Source of the DNA: Hemiscyllium ocellatum
Lineage: Eukaryota
Direction of reading: 5' to 3'
Assembly: GCF_020745735.1 (NCBI RefSeq)
Contig: NW_026867774.1
Location: 1-64,000, forward strand
Length of the DNA stretch: 64,000 bases
Under the pieces are notes generated by a model. That model saw only the letters and a list, made by a program, of their open reading frames with translations, was not told the origin of the DNA and searched no databases. The position numbers were made by a program, and so were the translations under genes. Position 1 is the first letter of the stretch, and each line of letters opens with the position of its first letter. Positions 48,501 to 60,839 of the stretch are shown here, piece by piece.

Positions 48501-51500
48501 TGAATAGGAAGGGTTTGGAGGGAGATGGGCCGGGTGCTGGCAGGTGGGACTAGATTGGGTTGGGATATCTGGTCGGCATGGACGGGTTGGACTGAAGGGT
48601 CTATTTCCATGCTGTACATCTCTATGACTCTATGACTCTATAACATTCATTCCGTGTCATTGGAGGGTCTCAAGGTGGAAGATGTGGTGTTCTTCCTCCA
48701 GTTGTTAGATGGCTTCAATTTGGCGGTGGAGTAGGCCTAGGGACTTGCATATCCTTAGCAAGTGGATGGGGAGTTGAAATGGTCGGCCACAGGGTGGTGG
48801 GGTTGTTTAGTGTGTGTGTCCTGAAGATATCATCTTCCAATCCTCCAATGAAGATGCACTGTCCTCACCAAAACATGTTGGCAAATCTCTTCGTAACACA
48901 TAAAGGGAGAGAAACATTGAAAACTGTATTATCATGAGTGAGAGTCCACTTGAAACAAGGACTATGATGTTAAATGCTCCCAGCCGTAAAGAACACTGGT
49001 GTATTGATGTCATTATCTTATTAAACAATATTAAAACCTCAGCCAAACATTTTCCTGCAGACAGTGTATTTAAAATATCAAGAGGCTTTCCCCATTGTTG
49101 GTTTGATCAGTGACGTAACAAGGAAGCAGCAGCTGCCCCATGAACTCCAACAAAAGAATGAGAACAGGCTCTTCATATGGAGCTGGCTCCCGAGAATCCA
49201 ATTCAACAGCAGGGACCAAAGAACAAGGGACAATACAGCACAGGAACAGGCCCTTCGGCCCTCCAAGCCTGTGCTGATACATTTTGCCCTTCTATACTGA
49301 AACTATCTTCATCGACAGGATTCATATCCCTCTATTCCCTTCCTATTCATGCATTAGTGCAGGAATTTCTTGAATACTTCTATTGTGTCTGCTTCCACCC
49401 CCTCCTCTGGCTGTGTGTTCCAGGTAGTCAACTTCCTCTGTGTGAAATACTTGGTTTGTACACCTCTTTACAATGAATTCCCCCAAACCCCTGCACCTTG
49501 AACCTGCGTCCCCTAGTATTTGACCCCCTCCACCCTGGGAAAAAGTCTCATTATTTCCACTCTGCCTATCCCATTCTGTAAACTTCTATCAGGACGCACC
49601 TCATTTTCCTGCATTCCAGTGAAAACAAACTCAGTCTCTCCAACCTTTCTTCAGAACTACAATCCCCCCATACCAGACAATATCCTGGTAAACATTTTCT
49701 GCACCGTCTTCAAAACATCCACATCCTTCTTTTTGGACTGTGTGCAGTTCTATGCAACCAGAACTGTGTGCACTATTCCAAGTGTGGCCGAACTAAAGTT
49801 CTATAAAGCTGCAGCATAACTTGTCTATCCTTACACTCAATGCCCCTTCCAATGAAGGCAACCAGGCCATCAGCCTTTTTTACTGCCTTACCTCCCTGTG
49901 CTGGCACCTTCAGTGATCTGTGAACATACACACCCAGATCCCTCTGCATATCAATACTCCAAAGGATTCTGTCATTCACTGTATAATTCCCACCTGTACA
50001 TCACCTTTCAAAATGCATCACCTCACATTTGTCTGGATTAAACTACACCTGCCATTTTTCTGTCCAAGCATCCAACTGATCTCTATCCTGCCATATCCTA
50101 GATAATCCTTCTCATTCTCTGCACTTCTACCAATCTTTGTATCAATTGTAAAATTACTAATTAGACCAGCTACGCTTTCCTCCAAATCATTTATGTAGAC
50201 CATATACAGCAGAGTTCCCTGTGGAAACCCACGAGTCACAGCCCTCCATTCTGAAAACCATCCCCCATCACTGCCCTCTGTCTCCTCCTACTCAGCCAGT
50301 TCTGTGCCCAATGCTGGAAACATTTTAGACAAGACACCTTGTCGCCAGCTCATTGCTGCAACTTGATCCAGTTCATTCAGAAAGAGGAAAAGGACAATGT
50401 GCAGATTGTTGAACAGGCCCCAACACCTGGTCCTGAGGCAGGAGCCCAATCTCCAACACACTGGCCTCACTTCACACCAACCTTCACACAGTGCGGGGTC
50501 ATGAACTCCGGCCATCAATCCCTCTGGGACCGGGGCGGGTTGGGGGAACAGGGACAATTGTAGAAGAGTCAATAAGGAGTAAAGAAAGATGGAGAGAGTG
50601 TGTTGGAAAGTGTTCAATGGAGGGAACATACCTTGCGATACCCAATACTGACAGAGTCTCCATGTATCACAGAATGTACAAAACAGCACTCCAGTAATGT
50701 GGCTGACCCTTACCTGCCATTTAAAAGGCTAAAGAAGCCACTCAGTTTCAGGACAGGTAGGGATGGGGAACAAATGCTGGTCTTGCCAGTGACTCCCACA
50801 TCCCAGAAAAGAATAGATGGGTTCAGTGATAACACCGTCACCTGAACCTGCAGGTTTCAAACCCCACTCCAGACACTGGAGCACTGTCCTGAGGCTGGCA
50901 AAGGCAAAGACGCCATCTGCTGGATGATCGGTTAAACCACTGCCCTCTCAGGTCGATGTGAATATAAGGGCTTTGTGACCATCTCAGGGAAAATCTCCCC
51001 AGTGTGCTGACCAATGCTTCTCTTATAACCAATGGCATTAACACAGATACATAAACAAAATACTGCAAATCTCAAATAGAAGCACGATGCTGGAGAAAGG
51101 GAACAGGTGCAGCCTCTGTGGGGAGAGGAGGTTTAACTTTTTGGGTTCAGTGATGGTTTATCAAAAAGGCAGCAAAATTATATTTTATTTAATTTTATGC
51201 TGTTTTATATTATTTTATTTAAATTTTGTTGAAAACAAGTTTACCTGCTTGATTGGAACCACATTCACACACATGCATTCCCCCCACACTGACGCTCAGT
51301 AACAGCTCTGTGTACTATTTACAAGATGCACTGCAGAGATTCACCAAAGATCCTGAGACAACAGCTTCCAAACCCATGACCACTTATATTTGGACAAGGA
51401 CAGCAGGTACACGGGACCATCACCCCAGCAAGTTCCTCTCCAAGTCATTCACCAGTTTGACTTGGAAATATGAAGCAGTTCCTACATCATCACTGGGTCA

Positions 51501-52471
51501 CAATCCTGGAATTCCCCTCCTATGACATTGTGGGTCTACCAACAGCAGACTGACTGCAGGGGTTCAAGATGGGAGCTAATCACCACCAGGTCCAGGGCAA
51601 TTAGAGATGGACAGTAAAAAGCCTGGTACAAGAGAGTGTAAACGTGCTTAAGGACCAGAAAGTGAGACTGCGATGTTTCAGTTATTCCTGGACATTGTTG
51701 TGACCACATCTCAAATACTGAGGGTAGTTTTGGTCTCCCTATTGAAGGAAGAATATAAATGCATCGGAGGTGGTTCACAGGAATTTTACCCGATTGATCC
51801 CTGGAATGAGTGGGCTGTGATGAGGAAAGATTGGAAAAGGAGATAAAGGGAATGGGGCGGAGCAGGGTGTTGAGGTAGGGATAGGTTGAGAATGGTAGAG
51901 AATATGACCTGATTAGTCGATGGGAGAGTAATTTGTATTCATCCCTCCCATCAACCAATCCTCTACCTACCTTCACCTATCCCCATCTCACCACCCTGCC
52001 CCCCACTACTCCCTTTATCTGCAGCTCCCCCATCATTCCCCCACCTCCCAACCCACCCCCATTCCTGAAGAAGGATTACAGCCAAAACATTGATTTCTCC
52101 ACCTCCTGATGCTGCCTGGCTTGCTGTGTTCTCCCAGCCTCCTGCTTGTCAACCTTGGATTCCAGCATTTGCACTTTCTTTTGTCTCTAATCTCTTCAGG
52201 GGCCTGGATGAGAGTGAGGGAATTGGGGTTTGATGGAGCTACCCACAGACTCAAGTCAAAAGAAGCAAAGCAAGAAAGGCAAGTGGATCGAATACAAGAG
52301 ACCAAATTGTGAGCAAAAACCAATTATTACTAGTTTAGCAATTGCAAAGCAGAGAGTGACAACATTGAATTGCTTCTGGTGTCATCCTCTGTGCCCTAAC
52401 ATTTCACAGTGCCAGCTCCACATCCTTCCATTGGCTTTGTCATTGAGAGGCAACAGTTCCCTTCCCACAGC

Positions 52472-54086
52472 ATAGAACATAGAACATAGAAAAATACAGC
52501 GCAGTACAGGCCCTTCGGCCCTCAATGTTGCGCCGACCGAATCCTACCTAACCTACACTAGCCCAATAACTTCCAAATGCCTATCCAATGCCCGTTTAAA
52601 TGACCATAAAGAGGGAGAGTTCACCACTGCTACTGGCAGGGCATTCCATGAACTCACAACCCGCTGTGTAAAGAATCTACCCCTAACATCTGTCCTATAC
52701 CTTCCACCCCTTAATTTAAAGCTGTGTCCCCTTGTAACAGCTGACTCCATTAGCGGTAAAAGGTTCTCAGTGTCTACCCTATCTAAACCCCTAATCATCT
52801 TGTACACCTCTATCAAATCTCCCCTAAACCTTCTTTTCTCCAATGAGAACAGCCCCAAGTGCCTCAGTCTTTCCTCATACGATTTTCCTACCATACCAGG
52901 CAACATCCTGGTAAACCTCCTCTGCACTCGTTCCAATGCCTTCACATCCTTCCTATAGTATGGCCACCAAAACTGCACACAATACTCCAGATGAGGCCGC
53001 ACCAGAGTCTTATACAACTGCAACATGACCTCAGGACTCCGGAACTCAATTCCTCTGCCAATAAAGCCCAGTACACCATATGCCTTCCTCACAGCACTAT
53101 TTACCTGGGTGGCAACTTTCAGAGATCTGTGTACATGGACACCAAGATCCCTCTGCTCATCCACACTACCAAGTAGCCTACCATTAGCCCAGTAATCCAT
53201 CTTCTTGTTACTCCTACCAAAGTGAATGACTTCACACTTAGCTACATTGAATTCCAATTGCCACCTTTCTGCCCAGCTTTGCAACTTGTCTATATCCCGC
53301 TGTAACCTGCCACATCCTTCCTCACTATCCACAACTCCACCGACTTTTGTGTCATCCGCAAACTTACTCACCCAGCTTTCAAGCCCCTCCTCTAGATCAT
53401 TTATAAAGATAACAAAAAGCGATGGTCCCAAAACAGATCCTTGAGGTACACCGCTAGTAACTGCACTCCAAGATGAACCTATACCATCAACTACTACCCT
53501 CTGTCTCCTTCCAGCCAGCCAATTTCTAATCCAAACCTCTAATGCACCCTCAATGCCATACCTCCGTAGTTTTTGCATTAGCCTACCATGGGGTACCTTA
53601 TCGAACGCCTTACTAAAATCCATATACACAACATCTACTGCTTTACCCTCGTCCACCTCCTTAGTCACCTGCTCAAAGAACTCAATAAGGTTTGTGAGGC
53701 ACGACCTGCCCTTCACAAAACCATGCTGACTATCCTTGATCACGTTATTCCTATCCAGATGTTCATAAATCTTATCCCTTACAATTCTCTCTAAGACTTT
53801 GCCCACCACAGAAGTCAGACTCACTGGCCTATAGTTACTCGGGCTATCCCTACTCCCCTTCTTGAACAAGGGGACCACATTCGCCATCCTCCAGTCTTCT
53901 GGTACTATTCCCGTTGACAATGACAACATAAAAATCCAGGCCAATGGCTCTGCTATCTCCTCCCTAGCTTCCCAGAGGATCCTAGGATAAATGCCATCAG
54001 GCCCAGGAGACTTATCTATTTTCATCCTTTCCAGTATTCCCAAAACCTCTTCCCTACATACTTCAATGCCATCCATTCTAAAATGC
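52472..54086 (-). mobile_element. Young 5'-truncated CR1 LINE with uninterrupted ~510-codon RT reading frame
   Basis: DKSPGPDGIYPRIL..NYRPVSLTSVVGK..GVPQGSVLGP..FADDTK..FFTQRVV; (ttctatg)n tail; flanks rejoin as cccacagc|actttttaa, matching the empty paralog near 22500. Confidence 0.96.
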
Positions 54087-55069
54087 ACTTTTTAATATGT
54101 CCTGTCCCAGGGAATCACTGACAAAGAAAATATTTCACCATTTCTGGGAAAGTTGGAGAAATGTTAGATGTCAAGGAGCTGTTTCTCAGCCTTCAGGGTC
54201 TGACAGAAGGATGTGTGTAGGCTGTGGATTCTGGAGACAGATCACTGAGATATTCCTCACTCCCATCAACACCTGACTTTATTCCGACATCAGTTTCTAT
54301 TCTTCATTATAAAGTACCCCCACCAGTTTCAGACTAGACATTTCACACCCAGCCCCCATTTCCTCACATTGGAATCAAGAACCAAACTTGCCCCATCTCA
54401 GGATTGCCCTCTGAATGTGGTGTCAGTGTGCTAATGCTGTGTTTGAATGAAAGAGCCACAGTGGAATCTGGGACTGAATCCAAGGGGTTTCTGATCCACC
54501 AGCAGCCTCCCTGCTGTATGAGATTCTGTTTGGATAAGATTTCAGCCCCATGGTTCCCACTGATACGAGAACCATGGAGTGAGATTGCTGGAGCCACATC
54601 TGGACTGAGGAACACAACAGTCAGGACAATGAGATGCTCTGGAATCCACCCTGAGCCCTGGATGGTTGTCACTGAGATGGCCCAGGGGCTACAGAATATG
54701 ACAGCAGAAAGTGGAACCAGCTTATCATTGACTGTACTCCCCAGCCGTGACTCCCAGACTCCCCCAGACTGAACATTCTCAATCTGACTCCAGGGACACA
54801 CGGGGCAATTCCACCTCATTTGAAGAGTAAAGAAAACCCAAGTCTAATTTATGGAATATTTATTTCCCAAATTGGTCTTATGCAATTGTTATTCTGAGTA
54901 ACAAGGTCCTGCTGGTCATATTCATCAATATAGGGTTCCCAGTGGCTCTGGCTCCCAAACAGTTGATTTGAATTTCTTGGCTTTTGATCTTGCTGTGCCT
55001 AAGGGATGGGTGAGCGTTGATGGGGAATTTGCATCAGATTATTGTGTTCCCCATTGTCCCCTCCTGATC

Positions 55070-58000
55070 ATGATCCTGATTACAGCCTGGAGACCTGGAC
55101 ATAACTTTCATCAGATTCTTTATTTCTTGCAGTTCCTCCACTCTACCCACCCAGATTCTACTTCTGACTCTATATCACTTCTTGCTATTGATTTAATTTC
55201 ATTTCTTACTAACAAGGCAACTCTTGCCCCTCTGCCCATCTGCCTGTCCTTTTGATAGGACATGTATCCTTGGATATTTAGTTCCCAGCCCAGATCCCCT
55301 TACAGCCATATCTCTGTGATACCCACAACATCATACCTGCCAGATTCAATCTGCACTACAAGTTCATTCCTGCATTGACTGCACTCCTTCCCATCATTGT
55401 CCTCTTATCTCTTGTGTTTGATGTTCAACTCTTGATCCTTTCCGTACTCTCTGCCCTATTATATCTTCCAGAAACCTGAATAACTTCTCCTGAGCCCTCC
55501 TCCACTTTAACTAGTTTAAATCCCTTGGAAACTCAATTTACCTCAATTTGTGGCATCACTTTGTCTCCCGTACTCAGAATGGTTCATGCATTTAGATAAA
55601 ACCTCTTTAAGTTTGTTCTATTATTGATTTTCCCTGCACATGGTTCCTTTGATATTCAAAAATTCTGCCCCTTCCTTTTATTTTCTGGTAACAATCAATC
55701 CCATCACTATTCACCAACCTACCTGCTCCTTTCCACTCTATTTCCTCATTTTCCATCCAACTCAACCGAATTATTGGGTCTTTGAGTTGAGTTCAGGACA
55801 ATATTTATCTTTGAACCATCATCATTAACAGTGGTCTTTGATCTCATTGCTTTTCATGGGATCTTGCTGAGTAGAAACTGGCTGCCACTTTCCCGACATT
55901 GTAACAGTGACTGGTTTTCAAACAAAACTGTCTATAAATGTCTTTGGGAGAGCCTGAGGTGTTAAGGGTTCAATTGAACTTCAGTTAGAGTCAGAGATTT
56001 GTACAGCACGGAAACCAACCCTTCAATCCAACTCATCAATGCTGACCAGATATCCGAAATTAATCTAGTCCCCTTTGCCAGCATTTAGCCCATATCCCTC
56101 TGAACTCTTCCTATTCATATACCCATCCAGATGCCTTTTAAATGCTGTAATTCTACCAGCCTCCACCACTTCTTCTGGCAGCTTATTCCATACATGTACC
56201 ACCCTCCACATGAAAAGGTTGGCCCTTAGGTCCCTTTTAAATCTTTCCACTGTCACCTTCAACCTATGCCTTCTAGTTTTCAACAGCCCCACTCTGGAGA
56301 AAAGATCTTCTCTATTCACCCTATCTATGCCCCTCATGATATTATGAACCATTATATTGTCACCCCTCAGCCTCCAAAGTTGCAGGGACAATAGCCTCAG
56401 CCTATTCAGCCTCTCCAGATAGCTCAAACCCTCCGACCCTGGCAACATCTTTGTAAATCTTTTCTGAAGCATTTTAAGATTCACAACATTATTCCTGTAG
56501 CAGGGAGACCAGAATTACACAGTATTCCAAAAGTGCCCTAACCAATGTCCTGTACAGCCGCAACAGCTCCCAACTCCAATACTCAATGCACTGCCCAATA
56601 AAGGAAAGCATATTGAACAACATCTTCACCACACTATCGACCTGCAACTCCACTTTGAAGGAACTATACTTTTTTTGGATGAACTGGGAATCCTTCAGTT
56701 GTGAAAGATGCCATTCCATGACACTATTGGAGGAAGAGCAGCCAGTTCCCCCAGTGCCCTGGTTAATACTTATACCCCAATCAAAATCAATAAAAATCTA
56801 TTTCCCTGCTAATTATCATAATGTGTTTGGGATCTTACTGTGCACAGTCTGCTGGAAAGAGCCATTGGGGCATCCTGAGTTGGGGACAAGTGCCTCACAA
56901 ATTCAAGTCTTTCTTTAAAGTTGGAGCTTCCTGATCCTGACCCTCACCCATGTACTCTCACCTTCCAGGGGTCATTGAGTCATTAGGAGAAGTGACCTTG
57001 GCTGACCCTGGGGCAGTGAGACTCTTTGTAGCCTCACCCTTGACCTCAGCCCATTGGTGTGCAGCAAGGTTTGAAATGTAATCTGGAACCTTCCACATGG
57101 ACACCCAATGAAGTATGTGGATCCAAGTCTGCTCCAATGTTCTCAGATAAAGTTCTCCTGATCTGTGGGTGATAGCAGGTTTGTTAAAGATGTATTGAGC
57201 TCCATCCCACTTTCCAGCTTTTGCTCCATAGCTCTGGAGGCTTTGCTGTTTCAAGTGAATATTCAAGTGTTTTTGCAATGTGATGATGGTTTTGGCCTCT
57301 CCCACCCTTTCAGTCAGTAAGTCCCAGTTCTCACCAGCCTCTGGGTAGAAACAGTTACTCCTCAACTCCCCTCAAACCCTGCCCCAATTCATTTCAATCT
57401 CTCCCCATAGCTAGTGCTTCTCTGCTGATGGAAATCAGTCCTTCCTACCCACTCTGTCCAGGGCCCTCATCATTTTACACACCTCGAATGCTCCACCCTT
57501 CAATATGATCACAGCCGATCATCCAACACAATCCCCTGTTCCTCCTTTCTCCCCACATTCTTTGATCCCTTTAATCCTAAGAACAATATTTAATTCCTTC
57601 TTGAACACTTGAACATCTAATTCCCTCATACTGGAAGAATGGATGAAAATTATTGGGTTGCTATTTTTTTGACCAGTCTGGACACAATGGGCTGATGGGC
57701 CTTTTGGGTCTCTATGATTCTATGATTGTATATTATGAATAACTGGGTACCAAGGACTGACCCCTGTAGTATGACAATTGGTAACTACCTGCCATTCAGA
57801 AAAAGACTTGTTCTTTCTGTCCTGTCTGCCAACCAGTTCCCAATCCATGTCAGTACATGATTCCAATCCTCTTGTTCGTTGGGCTTTCCCTGATTCAGTT
57901 GGACATATTTCATCCTGTCAGTTCTTTGCCTTCCACAGGTCCTGTTCAATGTCACACCTGCATTTTCTATCCTCCTCTCAGCTTTCTGCAGGTTTGATCT

Positions 58001-58603
58001 CCAGATAACCAACATCACCATCACTGTTTGGTCTTCTCTACTCTGCTGCCTTTTGACATCCCAGGCTGAGAGTCTATATTTGGGAGTCCCACCTTTACTC
58101 ATTGTGGGAACAGATTCTGAACAATCTCTGTCTCATCCTTCGAGGTCTCCCACTGCCCTGACACTGATTTTCCATCATGTACTTGATTTCAGTCCACTTT
58201 GCTAAATCACCGCACAGTTTAGTAAAATAGTTCATTCCCAAATGAAAACTTTTACACTTGCTCCATTGTTCTCCATTTCCATCCGTACACTCAATCTGAG
58301 TTCTGATCACTGTCACTGAAATGCTCCCCCATTGATAGCCCTTCCAGCTGCCCACATTCATTCCCTAAACGATGGTCTAAAACTATCCCTTCTCTTTCAG
58401 GGGCAATTAGGGATGGGCAATAAATGCTGGTCCTGGCAGTGACTCTCATATCCCATGAAGCAATTTAAACAATACCTGTTCTTTTGTCGGGTCTATTCTG
58501 TATTGACTATAAATGTTCAATATGATTGTATTGCCAGTGAATATACTGAGAGTCAAAATCCATTTGCTTTGCAGGGATTAAAATTGTTTCTCTTGTCTTT
58601 CAG
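55070..58603 (+). repeat. Old paralog of the 3' part of the J-C intron (17500-20287) ahead of C2
   Basis: Colinear matches 17500-18300 to 55070-55830, 18660-19280 to 56870-57490 and 19780-20287 to 58080-58603; about 70-82% by eye. Confidence 0.8.
55985..56700 (-). mobile_element. Degenerate CR1 3' fragment
   Basis: LQKRFTKMLPGSEGLSYLERLNRL..VWNKLPEEVVEAG. Confidence 0.85.
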
Positions 58604-58909
58604 GCGTGAGAACTCTCAGCCCAAGCTGACCCTGCTGCCCCCCTCCCCGGAGCAGGTCAATGCCAAGGGCACTGCCACCCTGGTGTGCCTTGCCAATCAC
58701 TTCTATCCCGATGAGCTGGAGGTGCAGTGGAAGAAGGATGGTGCAGTCATTTTGGACGGGGTTCAGACCAGCAACTACCTGCGAGCTTCGGACAGCACCT
58801 ACAGTGTCAGCAGCTTGCTGACCCTCTCTGGGTCTGACTGGGAGTCCAACACTCGCTTCTCCTCCCCTCTCCCCTCAGCAAGAGCATCAGGAGATCAGAA
58901 TGTGTGTAG
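58604..58909 (+). pseudogene. IGKC: Ig kappa C exon 2 (C2), orphan: 1 nt short at the exon start and a 22-nt deletion removing the second domain Cys
   Basis: Acceptor ctttcag|gcgtgag (C1 has cag|tccgtgac); FYPDEL intact; tgtgccctcacccatgtgacac missing between 58862 and 58863; ancestral TAG at 58907-58909; no J/RSS found between the two C exons. Confidence 0.92.
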
Positions 58910-59432
58910 AGTGTTGGAGACAGTCCACAGAGGAGACACAACTTTAAATAGAACAGGGCTGAGCTGGCAGGACAAAGGTCATTGTCAGCACTGAATTTCA
59001 CCTCTCTTCCTTCTCAGGACTGGCTCAGAGACACTTGTGAGGTTTAGATGTTGAAGTCGGTCACTGCGACAGTATCAAGAGACTTTGCGCTATGTCAAAG
59101 CTCATGTTGTCCTTGTCTGGGGTGTGTTTGATTGGGAAGTGTTGACTGTATGCCAAGTAAAATCTCTTGAAGTTGCTGAAGACTGTCAGCTGTATAAAAA
59201 CAATGTGAACCTCAGAAGTCTCTGCTTCAGTAAACCAGATCTTCTTCCTGCTCCGCTGTCAGTTCCAATTTAAGGTTTTGTCACTGTTTAAAGGGACAGG
59301 ATTCTCATGTTATTGAGCAAATTTTCACAAGTGTTTTCCTCAAATGCCATTGTGGCTGTGAATTTGAGCAGCTTCCTCTGTCTGGGCTGTTAGTTGCAGT
59401 TTTTTTTCTGTCAATGTGAACGTGGAAAAGGG

Positions 59433-59438
59433 AATAAA
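59433..59438 (+). terminator. Polyadenylation signal paralogous to that of C1
   Basis: ggAATAAAgatgaagattc, same context as 21107. Confidence 0.55.
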
Positions 59439-59790
59439 GATGAAGATTCAATCTCTGTTTCGTGTGCTTTGGAAATAGATGACCCCCTCCCCCTCCCCCT
59501 CCCCAGTTGATTGGCTGCATTTCAGCAGGTCATTGTCACAATTGGTTGCTTGGCCTGTCAATCAATTACAATCATCTATCATTAATCATTTTCATATGAT
59601 CCCTTTGGTCAGGAATTTATGTAGATTACAAGATTCCAAAAAGAACAGAAACTGAAAGTTGTTAGGACTCAATAAGTACAACCCGACGCATTCCTTCCAG
59701 GCCCAGCTGATGGGATTGCACTGTGCAATCTCTGTGGCATGTTGGGTAGCCCCTGAAACAATCTTCAGCCATTCACAGACATTGTCGGCT

Positions 59791-59929
59791 GTGTCTCTCT
59801 CAGTGTGTGTGTGTTACTTAGTGCAGCCTGTAGGTGTCTCTCTCAGTGCGAGTGTGTTACTCTGTGCTGCCTGTAGGTGTCTCTCTCAGTGCGAGTGTGT
59901 TACTCTGTGCTGCCTGTAGGTGTCTCTCT
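59791..59929 (+). repeat. 43-bp minisatellite, ~3.2 copies
   Basis: Unit tgtctctctcagtgcgagtgtgttactctgtgctgcctgtagg. Confidence 0.9.
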
Positions 59930-60069
59930 GAGGTCTGTGTCTCCGAGCGATGGATTGAGAATGGGCTTTGTGCTGGGGATTGAAGATCAGGCTTTAATCT
60001 TCTCAAATCATGAATGAAAAACAGTTCTGCTGATTCAGTCTGAGAGGCAGTTCATTCAGATGGCCAAAG

Positions 60070-60830
60070 TTAAAAAGCACACAATACCAGGTTTGAGTCA
60101 AACAGGTTTATTTGGAAGTAGAAGTGCTCGGTGCGCTGTTCCTTCATCAGGTAGCTGAAGGGGCAGGATCACAGGACACAGAGTTTATAGTGTTTCATAT
60201 GGCAGCTGAGAGTGTATTCTCGGTAAAGGAGGGGTTTCAGAGGCAGTGGGCACTGTGCTCCCTAATGTGTTGCCCAATTACAAGGGGATTTTCTGGATAC
60301 AGGTTCAGAGCAGTAGTGGCTGCCTGCCCAGCCAATGCTGGCTCACCATAGTTGTATTTCAGTTGTCAATTAGCCCGAAATTAGGAGCAGCAATATTATC
60401 TTCCAGGGAGGGGAGCTGTCTGAGGGAGGGAGGTTGAATTCTTGCAGCTCCAAGAGAGGTTGCCGTGGATTAATGACAGGTATGACCACCATGAAGGTGC
60501 CAAGTTCTCTCCTCCTGTCCCAGCTGTGATGCCCCTCAGGTTAAAAACGTGACTGTGCTAGTTTAGGATGATGACCATGTTCCTGGATGAGGTAGGGAGG
60601 GAAGGTCAGCCTCTCCCAAAGGCAGCACAAGCTGGATCGAAGGGGCATCAAGCGTAAGCATGGGGAGATTGACGGTGACAGGAGGAGGGGGTTGGTTCGC
60701 AAGTTGTTATTCAGTCAGGTCGCAGAGTCCTGCTCCTTGGATGCTGCCTGACCTGCTGTGCTTTTTCAGCAGCACATTTTCAGCCCTGATCTCCAGCATC
60801 TGCAGTCCTCCCTTTCTCCTATCAATACTT
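60070..60830 (-). mobile_element. Degenerate Penelope-like pieces
   Basis: Terminal-repeat motifs (aacaggtttatttggaag..ccttcatcagg; atgctgcctgacctgctgtgct..ctccagcatctgcagtcc). Confidence 0.6.
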
Positions 60831-60839
60831 CTGACAGTC

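Larger units (their letters stand above)
38656..53767 (+). repeat. Unit 2 of the ~15.1-kb tandem duplication
   Basis: Colinear with 23565-38655 throughout. Confidence 0.95.

Noticed and set aside
58455-58994. 179-aa ORF as a novel Ig-domain protein
   Set aside because: The N-terminus is intron read-through across the splice acceptor and the C-terminus is the frameshifted tail after the 22-nt deletion. It is the C2 pseudo-exon.
59791-59929. CRISPR-like repeat array
   Set aside because: The units are contiguous with no unique spacers and the context is a vertebrate genome; it is an ordinary minisatellite.
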